A stretch of 64,000 nt of DNA from positions 2,848,001 to 2,912,000 of the forward strand of contig OZ245365.1 of the NCBI GenBank assembly GCA_965226495.1, written 5' to 3'. Below the pieces are notes generated by a model. The model saw only the letters and a list, made by a program, of their open reading frames with translations. It ran no database searches and was not told the DNA's origin. The DNA comes from Candidatus Marinacidobacterales bacterium. Its GTDB lineage: Bacteria; Acidobacteriota; Vicinamibacteria; Marinacidobacterales; DATDRI01. Below, piece after piece: positions 49,506 through 59,913 of the stretch. The position numbers and the translations under genes are program-made. How positions within the stretch are numbered: the stretch's first letter is position 1; every line of letters starts with the position of its first letter.

Positions 49506-51226
49506 AGGAGCAAGGGGACGCAGGTCACCACCACGACACCTCCCACTACGGCGCCCGCAACGTTTCCGAACAAGAGTGCGCCACTGCCCAACATCACTGC
49601 GTAAATCATGCCACTTGCAACAGGCCAAGCGATGAGCGCGGCGCCGATAGACTTGGGACGGGTCGGAATCTTTTCGTAGACTCTCGCCCAACCTCGATGT
49701 GGCGGCCTTACCCTCTGGCAGAACGCGACGAGAGTATCTTCCCCGGTGGGGCCCGTGAGCAAGGTTGCGGTGACCCAACAAGTCGTCGTCACCGCAACTC
49801 CAATGAGTAACGAAAGGTGGGGCCCTGCATCGAGCCCCAACCGTCTCGCGAGTGCAAGCGCCACGGCAACACTAAAGGAAGCCGCCATCGCCACGATCTC
49901 ACTCCAGGCGTTCACTCGCCACCATAGCCAGCGGACGATGAACAGGAGTCCGGTCCCTGCTCCTATCTGGACTATCAGATCAAAAGTAGCTTTGGCAGTG
50001 TCGAGCACCATCGTCAGCAGCGCGGCGACACCCATGAGGGCTACTGTGACCCATCGCGCCATCCGCACGTAATGGTGCTCGTCGGCATCGACCTTCAAGA
50101 AGCGGCGGTAGACGTCATGAACTACATACGAAGCACCCCAGTTCAAGTGTGTATCGACCGTTGACATATAGGCTCCGACGAGTGAGGCCACCATCAGGCC
50201 GAGAATTCCTGCCGGTAGCAACCGCAGCATGAGGGGGTACGCGAGATCGTGCCCGACGAGGGATGGATCGACGCCCGGCAAGGCGGCCTGGATCGCAGCA
50301 AGGTCCGGGTAAAGGACTACCGAGGCGAGGCCGACGAGAATCCATGGCCAAGGGCGTAGTCCGTAATGCGCAACGTTGAACCAGAGCGTGCCAAGAAGAG
50401 CGTGCCGTTCGTTTTTTGCGGCCAGCATCCTCTGGGCGACGTACCCGCCGCCGCCCGGCTCCGAGCCGGGATACCAAACACTCCACCACTGCAGAGCGAG
50501 CGGAACGACCAGTAGGCCGACAAAAAGATCGCCGCTCGAAGGTCACGGCACCATCGCCAGCTTGTCCGACAACCGGCTCGTCAGACCGGAGAGCCCTCCG
50601 ACCTCGGGTTGAGATAAAGCCCAGACCGCAGCCAGAACCGACCCGATCAAGGACAGAAAAAACTGCAGCAAGTCCGTCGCCACCACTCCCCAAAACCCAG
50701 CCACCACTGCGTAGAAGACCGCGATGAACGCGCACGCTCCCACCGAGACGACTTTACTCACTCCAAACAAGGCTCCCCCGATTTTGGCAGCCGCGAGCGT
50801 CACGGAAGCGATGACGATGACATTGAATAGGACACCGAGGTAGACCGCGCGGAATCCTCGCAGGAAAGCCGCAGGCCGCCCCGAGTATCGGATCTCGTAA
50901 AACTCGAGGTCGGTCAGTAGACCACTGCGTCGCCAAAGTGGGGCAAAGACAAAAACCGTCAGCATCCCCGACAACAGAAACGCCCACCACACCCAGTTCC
51001 CCGCAACGCCATTCGTTCGCACGAGCTCGGTGACCCAATTGGGGGTGTCGGTGGAAAAGGTCGTCGCCACCATGGAGGTGCCCAAGAGCCACCAAGGTAG
51101 CGACCGCCCGGCAAGAAAGAACTCCTCCGTCCCCTTCCCGGCCCGCCGGGCGAAAACGACCCCCACGCCTATCGCGAAGAAAAAGTAGGCGGCGACGATG
51201 CCCCAATCCAACCAAGAAAGCGCCAT
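49463..51226 (-). pseudogene. Sodium:solute symporter interrupted by one in-frame TGA (50543-50545)
   Basis: FFLAGRSLPWW, SMVATTFSTDTP, QRMLAAK, STVDTHLNWGASY; the two ORFs share a frame and the 38 intervening codons read as coding (..LQWWSVWYPGSEPGGGGYVAQR). Confidence 0.85.
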
Positions 51227-51354
51227 GGTTGCTGGATTCTATAACGAGTCTCGACCAAGCGTCGGGATTCGCGCTTGGCAACGCACCGTGAATAGTGTAC
51301 TAGAGGGCCGAACGCCTTTGACTCTCTTCACGTCTTCACGAAAGGAAACGCAGC

Positions 51355-52340
51355 ATGTTCAAACGCGGTCCGGCGACCATCGTGTGCGTTATTTCCACCT
51401 TACTTGTCTCCTGGGCGGTGCACGGCACCGCGACAGCCAGCTGAATACGACGACTTGGTCGCTCTGTTCAACGAATTCCGTGAATTCCAGGAACCGCTCA
51501 TCACCGACGGCGTCCCCGAGTACACCATCGCCGCCATGAGAGAAAAGTACACCGGCTTGAACGAGTTCCAAGACCGCCTGGCCGCGATGACCATAGATGA
51601 TTGGCCGACCTGGCAAAAGGTCGATTATCACTTGGTTCGCGCCGAGATGAACGCTGTGGAATTCCATCACCGAGTACTCAAACCCTGGGCACGCGACCCT
51701 GGTTTCTACTCGATGAGGCAGGGAGACGCCGGGCCGTCGATGAACCTCGAGAAGTTTCTGTCTCCCCTCTCCGACATGCAGTTTCCCTTGTCCAAAGAGG
51801 ACGAAGCTAGAGCTGAGGCCATATTGAACGCGTTCCCGAGAGTCTACGAGCAGGCCAGAAGCAATCTGACCGAAGCCAGCGGTGACCTGGCGGAGCTCGC
51901 GATTCGGGACAACATTAGAGAGACCCGTTTCTTCGATAGGATTGCCGAGCAGTCCGCGGCGCATCATCCGGCCCTCGCGTCTAGTGCCAAGCGTGCGGCG
52001 GACGCGTTACGCGACTACGTTGAGTGGCTGAGACAGAACAAACATAAGATGACCGCACCGGCCGGGATCGGCAAGGAAAACTATAGTTGGTGGATGAGAA
52101 ACGTGCAGCTCTCCCCCTGGGGCTGGGAAGAAAAGAACGCGATTATCCAAAGAGAGTACGATCGCATCATTGTTTTCTTGAAGCTGGAGGAGCATAGGAA
52201 TCGTAAGCTACCTCCGCTAGAGGTAGCTATGTCGGAGAGGGAATGGGAGAAGCGCCTGCGCCAAGCCCTCCGTTACGTGGTCGAGTTCCTGCGCGACGAG
52301 GAGATCATGACGGTTCCCGATTGGGTGAATCCGAGTGATC
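51355..52340 (+). pseudogene. DUF885-like exported protein, frameshifted after the signal peptide and truncated near 52340
   Basis: MFKRGPATIVCVISTLLVSWAVHG signal in one frame, body in another (VDYHLVRAEMN, KPWARDPGFY, AGIGKENY). Confidence 0.55.
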
Positions 52341-53095
52341 GGACAGCGACGACCAACCGCGGCATGGCCAAAAATATCCGTTCCCGGAAACGCCGTTCAC
52401 CCTAAATAACATGACCTTAATCAACACACTCGAGAACCTCGGCATGTCCTACTCCCACATGCCGCTGGCGAGGAACGGCGACAAGTGCATGACAACGGGA
52501 ACATGTGATCGGCATGGTTTCGCTAATAAGCCGGCATTTTGATTCGCCGGACTACCAGCGGGAAGGCAAAATGCTGTTTACCATGAGTGACGGTACTACA
52601 ACCCCCCTGGAACGACACATTCTTGCCAATGTGTCGCGGTCCGATATTGACGCGAAAATGACCTCGGAGATGCCCCTCTCCCTAGGTGGCGCGATGGAAC
52701 AGTTTGAAAGCCCCGAAAACCGGGTGAGCCTGGGTACGGGCACGACGAGGCGCGGCCTCGCCACGACAGAAATAGAGTTCGGTGTCAATGAAACCACCCA
52801 AAAGTCCCATCGAGCGCATACGCAGACCCTGGCCGGCGTTCTGAAAGCTGCTGGTTCTAAAGAAGACAGCATTCGAATCCGCCTCGGGAATCCGGATGGC
52901 GCCCATGCAACCTCGACCTGTCGCATGAGCGGCTCCGACTTCGATGGGGTCGTCGATCGCAACTTGCAGGTTCACGGGACGGACAATCTCTACGTGTGCT
53001 CCAACGCAGTTTTTCCCAACGTGGCCGCAGCCAATCCCACCCTAACCGTGGCAGCACTTGCTGCGCGGTTATCCCAAAATATTGACGCTGCATGA
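52341..53095 (+). pseudogene. Two joined fragments of a GMC-family oxidoreductase
   Basis: Fragment 1 ..HMPLARNGDKCMTTGTC; fragment 2 ENRVSL, HATSTCRM, VVDRNLQVHGTDNLYV, NPTLTVAALAAR; FAD-binding N-terminus absent. Confidence 0.75.
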
Positions 53096-53133
53096 TTCCT
53101 AGGCCCCATGGTTAGCGAGAGCGAGGATCCTTC

Positions 53134-53706
53134 ATGCCGTTGACACGGGACGAAGCTTGGCAACACCTTTGTGAATGGACCAAAACGGATTCGCTGCGCA
53201 AGCACGCGCGGGCGGTGGAAATCGTCATGCGGCAAGCCGCGCACCGCTATGGACAAGGTGTGGCCGAAGAAGAGAAGTGGGGCATCGCCGGCATGCTGCA
53301 CGATGGGGACTACGAGCAGTGGCCCGAGGATCATCCCAACCGCATCGTCGCCTGGCTTCGTGATCGCGGTGAAGAGGAGCTCGCTTACGCCATCTCCGCT
53401 CATTACACGAAGTGGAACGTTCCGTACAAGAGTCAGCTCGATCGCAGTCTTCTAGCCTGCGATGAGCTCACCGGTTTCATCGTTGCAAGCTGTCTAGTCC
53501 GCCCGGAGGGCGTCCACACGATTGCGCCCAAAAGCGTGCGGAAGAAACTCAAAGACAAGGCGTTCGCCGCCAAGGTCGAGCGCGCGGAGGTTCACGCTGG
53601 CGTGGAACTGCTCGGTGTGGAGATCTCCGAGCACATTCAGTTCATCCTCGATTCCCTGAAACCGCACGCCGATGAGCTTGGAATTGGTGGAAAGGGTCCA
53701 GCCTAG
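53134..53706 (+). CDS. HD-domain hydrolase (HDIG-type)
   Basis: LRKH..AVE; LHDGDYE; HP; ACDELTGF; KDKAFA. Confidence 0.85.
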   Translation: MPLTRDEAWQHLCEWTKTDSLRKHARAVEIVMRQAAHRYGQGVAEEEKWGIAGMLHDGDYEQWPEDHPNRIVAWLRDRGEEELAYAISAHYTKWNVPYKSQLDRSLLACDELTGFIVASCLVRPEGVHTIAPKSVRKKLKDKAFAAKVERAEVHAGVELLGVEISEHIQFILDSLKPHADELGIGGKGPA

Positions 53707-55751
53707 TCTGCTAGTTTCTTTCGCCTCCGCTCGAGCGAATGCCCGAGCCACACTGCAGCCAGAACTAAGAAAAAGTAGGCTGGCATGACGAATCGCGGTG
53801 CGCGGCCGGAGGCAAAGTTCTGGATGTAGGCGAAGGGAATGAGGTGTCCGAGATAGGCAACCAAGAGAAACCGGAGCGGTGTCGCGACGCTTAGCAGTAG
53901 TCCGGCAACGCCGGCGGCGAGAACAGCGGCGGCGACCAGTGGAAATTCACTCAAACCGCTCCAGAATTTGGTGACAGGCAGTACGGTCAGGCCGCGCAAA
54001 TTCCCCATCAGAAGTTCGCCAATTCCATGGAATTCGGTGACATAGCGGTAGAGGCCTACCTGTCCCAAGCTCGCCGGATTCTCCGTACCCTCCGCCCTCA
54101 ACCAGAATTGCGTGTGAAAGCTAATCGAGTAAAAGGGGTCGCCATGAGCCCGGTAACAATTCACCAAGTAGGGCGCCACCAAAACCGTCATCGTAAGAGC
54201 GGCGACTCCCAACATGGGCCAACCGCCTTGCTTCCGCCTTTCCCAGGTTCCCAATAGAAGGATGGGGAGAACGAGACTCAGCCCGCTGAGTCGAATCAAG
54301 CACACCATCGCCGCGAGAACTCCCGAGATCGCTGCACGCAAAACGGAGGGGCCTCTATACTGGCCGAACACCGACGCCGTAAACAGGATGAGAAAGAATG
54401 CATAAGCGCTCACCCGGTAACCGCTGGGCGCCTCGAAGATTAGCCACTCGTTGACCACCAAAGGCAAGAGCATCGCCGACGCCCACCAACGTCCCACTAC
54501 CGGGACGGCGAGCACGAACGCAAGGGGAAGAACAGCGATCGAAAAAAAGAAGCTCTGGATGAGAATCCCGATCTCCCGTCCACCGGCGAGCGCAACGAAA
54601 AACCTGACGAGCCCAACGTAGAAGGGCTCTCGAAAAGACGCGTCGTAGAAGCCACCGAGGCTCATTGCACCGGCACCGTCCAGATAGCTGCGGACGTCGG
54701 CGCGATACGGATCTTCTGCGAAGTTCGCACGATAGAAGGCGTGGTAGTCCGGCAGGAAAGGCCGCAGCCCCTCGTGCACGGTATTCGCCCATGGGGCGGT
54801 GTCCACGAGTTGAGAGCGAACGAGGAGCGCATCCAATCGTAGCACCGCACCGAGACCGACGAGCAACACGGCAACGCCGACCGGGACCCAACGATCCGTT
54901 CCGCCGGTGGCGAGCCTTTCTTTCCAGAACTGGCGGGACTCCCCGGCAGCAATGACGGAGGCGAAAAACGCTATCCACCATATCTGAAGGAAGACCAAAG
55001 AAACGGCGGCCGCAGTCTCTTTGCTTCTCAACTTGCTGGCCGTCAGCTCGCCTACATCGCCAGCAAGGTAGTGATCGAGCGGAAGGAGTGCCACCAAGGA
55101 GGGTCGGGTCCAACCCACCTGCAACCGCGCCGGCCCGTCGACCTGTTCGAACCTTAGCAAAAAAGGGTGCGCCCCCTCTTCGAGGAAAGCCTCCTCACGC
55201 GAAGACCCGGTCGCACGAGCCAGCCTCTTTCCATCCAAACGAAGCGCGCAGCGATTGTCGCAGTCCAATTCGAACCGATAGACGCCAGCCCGAGGCGCAA
55301 AGAGCGAGCCCGCGATCTCGAGTCGCACATCGCCGCGACGTCCCGCGATCCGGTTGAGGTACTGCCGATTCTCAATAGTTACGGAATCAATACGCCGGTT
55401 GGCCTCGATTTCCGTCCTCTCCTTCGTGACCCGAGAGACGGCAACGGGGAGCGACGCAGCGGGCTCGATGATGCTCGCGCGCCACGAGGTTAAGGACCAG
55501 GCGGTGACGATGAGCCCGGTCGCGACGATGGCGAAATGCAGAGGGCGAGGTTCGCGACCGGAGCGCGGCACCAAGAAGAAGGCCACGAGACTCAAACCAA
55601 GTAATGGCCTGAGATCGACCGATGGAAACGAAAAGGAACCCAGGCTGGCCCCTTGCTCACCGAGAAGCCGGATCCCGGCAATGCCGGCAAGAACAGAAAC
55701 CAAGACTAAACCGCGCTTGCTTCGGGGAAGGAGGAGGACCGATCGAAACAA
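53703..55751 (-). CDS. Membrane protein with PA14-like domain and GT-C-like region
   Basis: GSLFAPRAGVYRFEL..LRLDG..GAHPFLLRFEQ..LQVGW; AD..SY..FREP; many TM segments; APRF. Confidence 0.65.
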   Translation of the reverse strand: MFRSVLLLPRSKRGLVLVSVLAGIAGIRLLGEQGASLGSFSFPSVDLRPLLGLSLVAFFLVPRSGREPRPLHFAIVATGLIVTAWSLTSWRASIIEPAASLPVAVSRVTKERTEIEANRRIDSVTIENRQYLNRIAGRRGDVRLEIAGSLFAPRAGVYRFELDCDNRCALRLDGKRLARATGSSREEAFLEEGAHPFLLRFEQVDGPARLQVGWTRPSLVALLPLDHYLAGDVGELTASKLRSKETAAAVSLVFLQIWWIAFFASVIAAGESRQFWKERLATGGTDRWVPVGVAVLLVGLGAVLRLDALLVRSQLVDTAPWANTVHEGLRPFLPDYHAFYRANFAEDPYRADVRSYLDGAGAMSLGGFYDASFREPFYVGLVRFFVALAGGREIGILIQSFFFSIAVLPLAFVLAVPVVGRWWASAMLLPLVVNEWLIFEAPSGYRVSAYAFFLILFTASVFGQYRGPSVLRAAISGVLAAMVCLIRLSGLSLVLPILLLGTWERRKQGGWPMLGVAALTMTVLVAPYLVNCYRAHGDPFYSISFHTQFWLRAEGTENPASLGQVGLYRYVTEFHGIGELLMGNLRGLTVLPVTKFWSGLSEFPLVAAAVLAAGVAGLLLSVATPLRFLLVAYLGHLIPFAYIQNFASGRAPRFVMPAYFFLVLAAVWLGHSLERRRKKLAD

Positions 55752-55900
55752 GCCAGCATATTGTCACAGTCCGAAAAGGGATTCAAAGCGCCAACGACAC
55801 TAGACGAAGCGGCCCCTCGACAAAATGTCCTATCTATCCTGTCTAATGCCTTTTCTTGCCTATTCTGGGAACTTGCGAAGCGAGAAGCGCTCTGCTTATC

Positions 55901-56773
55901 ATGCTCCCCGACATGGGATTCTTCGCCTCTGCCGTACTCATTGCCACCCTGGCGTTCGCCTCGGCCCCCCAACGTCCCGATGCGCAGCGGCTCATCGAAA
56001 AAGTCATCGTCAACCAAGAAGCTAAACAACAACTACAACGCCAGTACGCCTACCGAGAGACCGTCACCACCGAGTTCTTGCACAAGGACGGGTCGGTCGC
56101 CGAGGTCAAGAGCGAGGCTTTTCAGGTCACCCCGTCCCCCGATGGCGAGTACCGACGCTTGATCGCGAAAGATGGCCAACCCCTTCCGCCCGAAAAAGAG
56201 AAGAAGGAAGAGGATAAATTCCAAAAGTACCTCAAAAAACAACTCAAGCTTTCGTCCGCCGAGCGTGAGCGAAATACAAAGGAGAAATTGGTAGGCCGCC
56301 TCAGTCGCTTTCAGACTCGCCTGCGCGAAGCCTTGGAGGTCTACGAATTCACCGAGCTTCCGCTCGAGAGGGTGCAGGGCAACCGAATCCGTTGCTTCGA
56401 ATTTTCTCCACAGCCCGGCTACAAGGCGCACTCCAAAGGCACAAAAATTCTCAATCGGCTCGAGGGCACGGTTTGGATCGATCCGAAGCAAGCGCAACTC
56501 GTCAGGCTCCACATCATCTTTCGAGAGGACATGAAATTCTTCTTCGGCCTGTTCGGAAGAATAACCAAAGGCTCGGAAGCGGTCGCGGACCGACACCAAG
56601 CGGAGGATGGTCTCTGGCTGCTCGAGAACATTACCGCCTCTCTAGAAGCGCGGCTTTACTTCTTCAAGAAGTACCGGCGAAGGATCACGTACTCCTACTC
56701 CGACTACCAGAAGTACACCGTCGAGACGGATGAAGACGACTTCCGAAAAGTGCCTAGCTCGCCCTCCCCTTAG
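55901..56773 (+). CDS. Exported hypothetical beta-rich protein
   Basis: Signal peptide; QYAYRE; FEFSP; LEGTVWID; YSDYQKY. Confidence 0.7.
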   Translation: MLPDMGFFASAVLIATLAFASAPQRPDAQRLIEKVIVNQEAKQQLQRQYAYRETVTTEFLHKDGSVAEVKSEAFQVTPSPDGEYRRLIAKDGQPLPPEKEKKEEDKFQKYLKKQLKLSSAERERNTKEKLVGRLSRFQTRLREALEVYEFTELPLERVQGNRIRCFEFSPQPGYKAHSKGTKILNRLEGTVWIDPKQAQLVRLHIIFREDMKFFFGLFGRITKGSEAVADRHQAEDGLWLLENITASLEARLYFFKKYRRRITYSYSDYQKYTVETDEDDFRKVPSSPSP

Positions 56774-56776
56774 TCG

Positions 56777-58318
56777 TCAGCGTTCGTAAAGGACGTGCCG
56801 TTGCGCCTTCTTGCCAACCGCAACCAAGAACATGACACTCTTCCCACTGGCGTGGGGGGAGAAGAACCGTGTCACGTCGTCGTCGAAGAAAGTTAGTCCG
56901 GTGGCACCGAGCCCCTGCGCGTACGCTGCGAGATAGACTTTTCCCCCGAGGACACCACCCTCGAACTGGGCGGCTCGATAGCCACGGTTTCCGAACCTCT
57001 CTAAGACAGGTTCCAAATCGCACATCGCGTATATGTTCACGCTCGCATCCGCAGCCAGCTCTTGGCCAAGGTCGAGCTGCCCGGCTTCCCGACGGAAGTC
57101 TCCCACCGCGAGCTCGACGAGCGCTCTTTGTCCCCGGTCGTAGAAATAGGCTCCCGACGGCAAACCATCGACCGCATTCACGATGAGGTAGAGATCGTTA
57201 ATGAATGTCCCGAGGGGCTCCAGATAATCGGCGGGAACTCCTTGGGTCGTGCGATCGAGGATCGTGGAAAGTTGATCGAAGGTAATGGGAACGCGGGCGA
57301 ACCGTCGGCTCGAGCCGCGGCGGAGGATCACTTCTTCCAACCGGTCTTTCGACAGGTCCTTCGACGCCAGAGGAATGATGGTCTCCGCACGCTCCGCCTC
57401 CTGCCGCTCCGGTGGAGCTCCTCTCCAGATCGCCACGTCCTTCGCGTTCTCGAGAAACGACGCCCGATGCATCTCTCGAATCTCCGGGTAGTCGACTTCC
57501 GCCGGCGAAAGAGGCACGGTCTCGTACCCCAAGGCCTCCGTTGGGCCGGGCGCAGATGGTGGCGCGAAAGATGTCTTCCCTAGGGCTACCATCCCCAAAG
57601 TCGCTTCCCGGTCGGGGTTCACGTCCAGAAGCCTGTTGATAGGCTCGTCTTCGAAACCCAAGACGACCCGAGACGGAAGCCCCACCCCCGCCGCCTCAGC
57701 CAGGAGGTTTGCCATCAGAGTTCCGCTGTCCCAAAACGAGTGCCGATAGGCCCGCTCCCGGTACTTCCAGGAGTTCCGCCAGAAAGTACTCGTAAAGAGA
57801 ACCACCGCGGGCGCGGACGCTATCGACCGCTCGTTGGCGCTCGCCTCCACCAGGACCGATCGCCAATCACCGGCGCGCAGTTCTCTGAGGCCGAAGTCCG
57901 AAGGACCGAAATGGTACACACCGGCCCCGAGGCCCGGAAGGTGTCCGCAAACCAGATAGAGCTCGATATGATAAAGCGCCCCGGTGCAGGCGGCGGCCCG
58001 AAAGAGAATCTGTCCTCCCGCATGCGTTCTAACCCTGGTAATCCCGGCGGAGTAGTAGAAAATGCGAGCCAGTTCTGCTACATCGGGCAGTCTTTCGGCT
58101 TCGACCTCAACCTCTCCCGCCGCCAAGGCGTCGAGGGCCGGAGCCGATGACATCTCTCGATCACTCGGGAGAGGCAAGGGCTCGAGATCGCGGTAGAGCT
58201 TGAAAGGTAGGGGTTGGTTCGGCCAGTCGAGAAAGTGGGGGGTGGAGTGAAGGCTGGCGTGAGAGTGTTTCGTATCGTCGTGGTAGGTTCTGGCCGCACT
58301 TGTATCGCCATTAACCAT
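56777..58318 (-). CDS. SagB/ThcOx-type tandem nitroreductase-domain flavoprotein
   Basis: YHDDTKH, DWPNQP.PFK, RAAACTGALY, WKYRERAYR; second domain RRGSSRRF, RGYR, GATGLTFFDD; start ATG 58318. Confidence 0.85.
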   Translation of the reverse strand: MVNGDTSAARTYHDDTKHSHASLHSTPHFLDWPNQPLPFKLYRDLEPLPLPSDREMSSAPALDALAAGEVEVEAERLPDVAELARIFYYSAGITRVRTHAGGQILFRAAACTGALYHIELYLVCGHLPGLGAGVYHFGPSDFGLRELRAGDWRSVLVEASANERSIASAPAVVLFTSTFWRNSWKYRERAYRHSFWDSGTLMANLLAEAAGVGLPSRVVLGFEDEPINRLLDVNPDREATLGMVALGKTSFAPPSAPGPTEALGYETVPLSPAEVDYPEIREMHRASFLENAKDVAIWRGAPPERQEAERAETIIPLASKDLSKDRLEEVILRRGSSRRFARVPITFDQLSTILDRTTQGVPADYLEPLGTFINDLYLIVNAVDGLPSGAYFYDRGQRALVELAVGDFRREAGQLDLGQELAADASVNIYAMCDLEPVLERFGNRGYRAAQFEGGVLGGKVYLAAYAQGLGATGLTFFDDDVTRFFSPHASGKSVMFLVAVGKKAQRHVLYER

Positions 58319-58358
58319 GACCGCGATGGTAGCACGGCTGTGAGATAATACCGCGCTC

Positions 58359-59120
58359 ATGGCCAAGGTACCCGAGCTTCGCGTCATAGCGATCACCGGC
58401 CTGCCCGAGGTGACGCCCACGAGCGACCTCGTGGGGCTCGTCATCGAAGCCGCCGAACGCCAGGACCTCCGTATCTTGGATGGCGACATCCTCGTGTTCA
58501 CGCAGAAAGTCGTCTCGAAAGCGGAAGGGCGACTGGTTCGGCTTTCCGAAGTGAGGCCGTCCAATTTGGCCGAGGCTTTCGCGCGGGATGGAAACAAGGA
58601 TCCCCGTTCGGTAGAGGTCGTGTTGGGCGAGGCGCGACGGGTAGTCAAAATGGATCGCGGCATACTCATCACTGAAACGCGCCACGGACTGGTCTGTGCC
58701 CACGCCGGCGTGGATGCCTCGAACGTGCCCGACCTCGACACGGTCGTTCTTCTGCCCGAAGATCCCGACCGATCGGCGGCGGGGTTGAGGTCAGCGATCC
58801 GAGAGCGGGCCAACGCCGACGTTGCGGTCATCATCTCGGATACTTTTGGTAGACCCTGGCGAGAAGGTTTGACCAACGTCGCCATCGGTATAGACGGGAT
58901 ATCCCCCTTAGTCGACTACCGAGGCCAACATGACCCGCAAGGTAGATCGCTCAACGCAACCGTTATTGCGGTCGCCGATGAACTGGCGTCGGCGACGGAG
59001 CTGGTAATGGGTAAACTGGATCGCATCCCGGTCGCGCTCATCCGTGGCTATTCGTACCAAACAGATGGCGGCAAGGGCACGGATCTCGTGAGATCAGCGG
59101 ACAAAGATCTTTTTAGATAA
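58359..59120 (+). CDS. cofE: Coenzyme F420-0:L-glutamate ligase, single domain
   Basis: QKVVSKAEGR, ETRHGLVCAHAGVDASN, LPEDPDRSA, SDTFGRPWREG, ADELAS. Confidence 0.95.
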   Translation: MAKVPELRVIAITGLPEVTPTSDLVGLVIEAAERQDLRILDGDILVFTQKVVSKAEGRLVRLSEVRPSNLAEAFARDGNKDPRSVEVVLGEARRVVKMDRGILITETRHGLVCAHAGVDASNVPDLDTVVLLPEDPDRSAAGLRSAIRERANADVAVIISDTFGRPWREGLTNVAIGIDGISPLVDYRGQHDPQGRSLNATVIAVADELASATELVMGKLDRIPVALIRGYSYQTDGGKGTDLVRSADKDLFR

Positions 59121-59133
59121 CTCGGAGGCTTCA

Positions 59134-59763
59134 TTGAAGATTGCAATACTCGGCGGCACTGGTAAAGAGGGAAAGGGTTTGGCACTCCGCTGGGCGCAAG
59201 GCGGCGAGGAAGTCTTGATCGGTTCGCGGGAGCAGAGTAAGGCGGAGCGGATCGCCGGAGAACTGAACGAGCGGTACGGCAAAGAGGTTTTCCGAGGTTT
59301 CGACAACCGCACCGCCGCTGCCGAAGCCGAGGTCGTGGTGTCCACGCTTCCCCATCAAGGACATCGAGATATTTTGGAGAACATCCGGCCAGAGCTCGAA
59401 AATAAACTCCTTATGGTGGCAACGGTAATCTGGCCCCCCGGCCCTATGGATCGCCCATCGGCCGCCGAGGAGGCACAGACTGCCGTCGGGGTCCAGGTTC
59501 GCGTGGTAGCGGCCTTTCAAACCGTCTCCGCGCTCGCATTGCAAGCGATCGACGAGGAGATGGAAGAGGACGTGTTGGTGTGCGGCGAGGGCGAGGCCTG
59601 CGCAGAAGCCATCCAGTTCATGAGCAAGGCCGGCCTGCGCGGGATCAAGGCCGGCCCTCTCAAACACGCCCGTATCGTAGAGGCGATCACCGCCCTGATG
59701 TTGAAGATCAATAAAGGCTACGGTGTGAAGTCGGCAGGAATCAAAATCACGGGCCTACCGTGA
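59134..59763 (+). CDS. npdG: F420H2:NADP+ oxidoreductase
   Basis: GGTGKEGKGLALRW, IGSR, SAAEE, VVAAFQTVSA, GIKITGL. Confidence 0.9.
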   Translation: MKIAILGGTGKEGKGLALRWAQGGEEVLIGSREQSKAERIAGELNERYGKEVFRGFDNRTAAAEAEVVVSTLPHQGHRDILENIRPELENKLLMVATVIWPPGPMDRPSAAEEAQTAVGVQVRVVAAFQTVSALALQAIDEEMEEDVLVCGEGEACAEAIQFMSKAGLRGIKAGPLKHARIVEAITALMLKINKGYGVKSAGIKITGLP

Positions 59764-59834
59764 TCCGGCCCGTCAGGGCCGTCGGCCGGAGAGCCTTCAG
59801 CCGTCGCGCAGGCGCGCAGCCGCCGAAGCGACGA

Positions 59835-59913
59835 GCCTGGGGGTGGGGCCCCAGGCAATTGATGAATGACGAAAAAAATTCCAGGCCGCGCGTGGGGGTG
59901 GGGCCCCGCGCGC
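59835..59913. repeat. Two GC hairpins sharing the core GGGGTGGGGCCCC
   Basis: 59835-59856 gcctgggggtggggccccaggc; 59888-59913 gcgcgtgggggtggggccccgcgcgc. Confidence 0.75.

Noticed and set aside
48272-49810. 512-aa alternative-frame ORF
   Set aside because: Arg/Pro-rich off-frame translation overlapping two well-supported genes.
56777-58318. Azole RiPP cluster suggested by the SagB/ThcOx label
   Set aside because: No YcaO, E1-like protein or precursor peptide nearby.
58319-58885. N-terminal extension of the 702-aa nitroreductase ORF
   Set aside because: It is the antisense of cofE; family similarity begins at MVNGD..YHDDTKH (58318).
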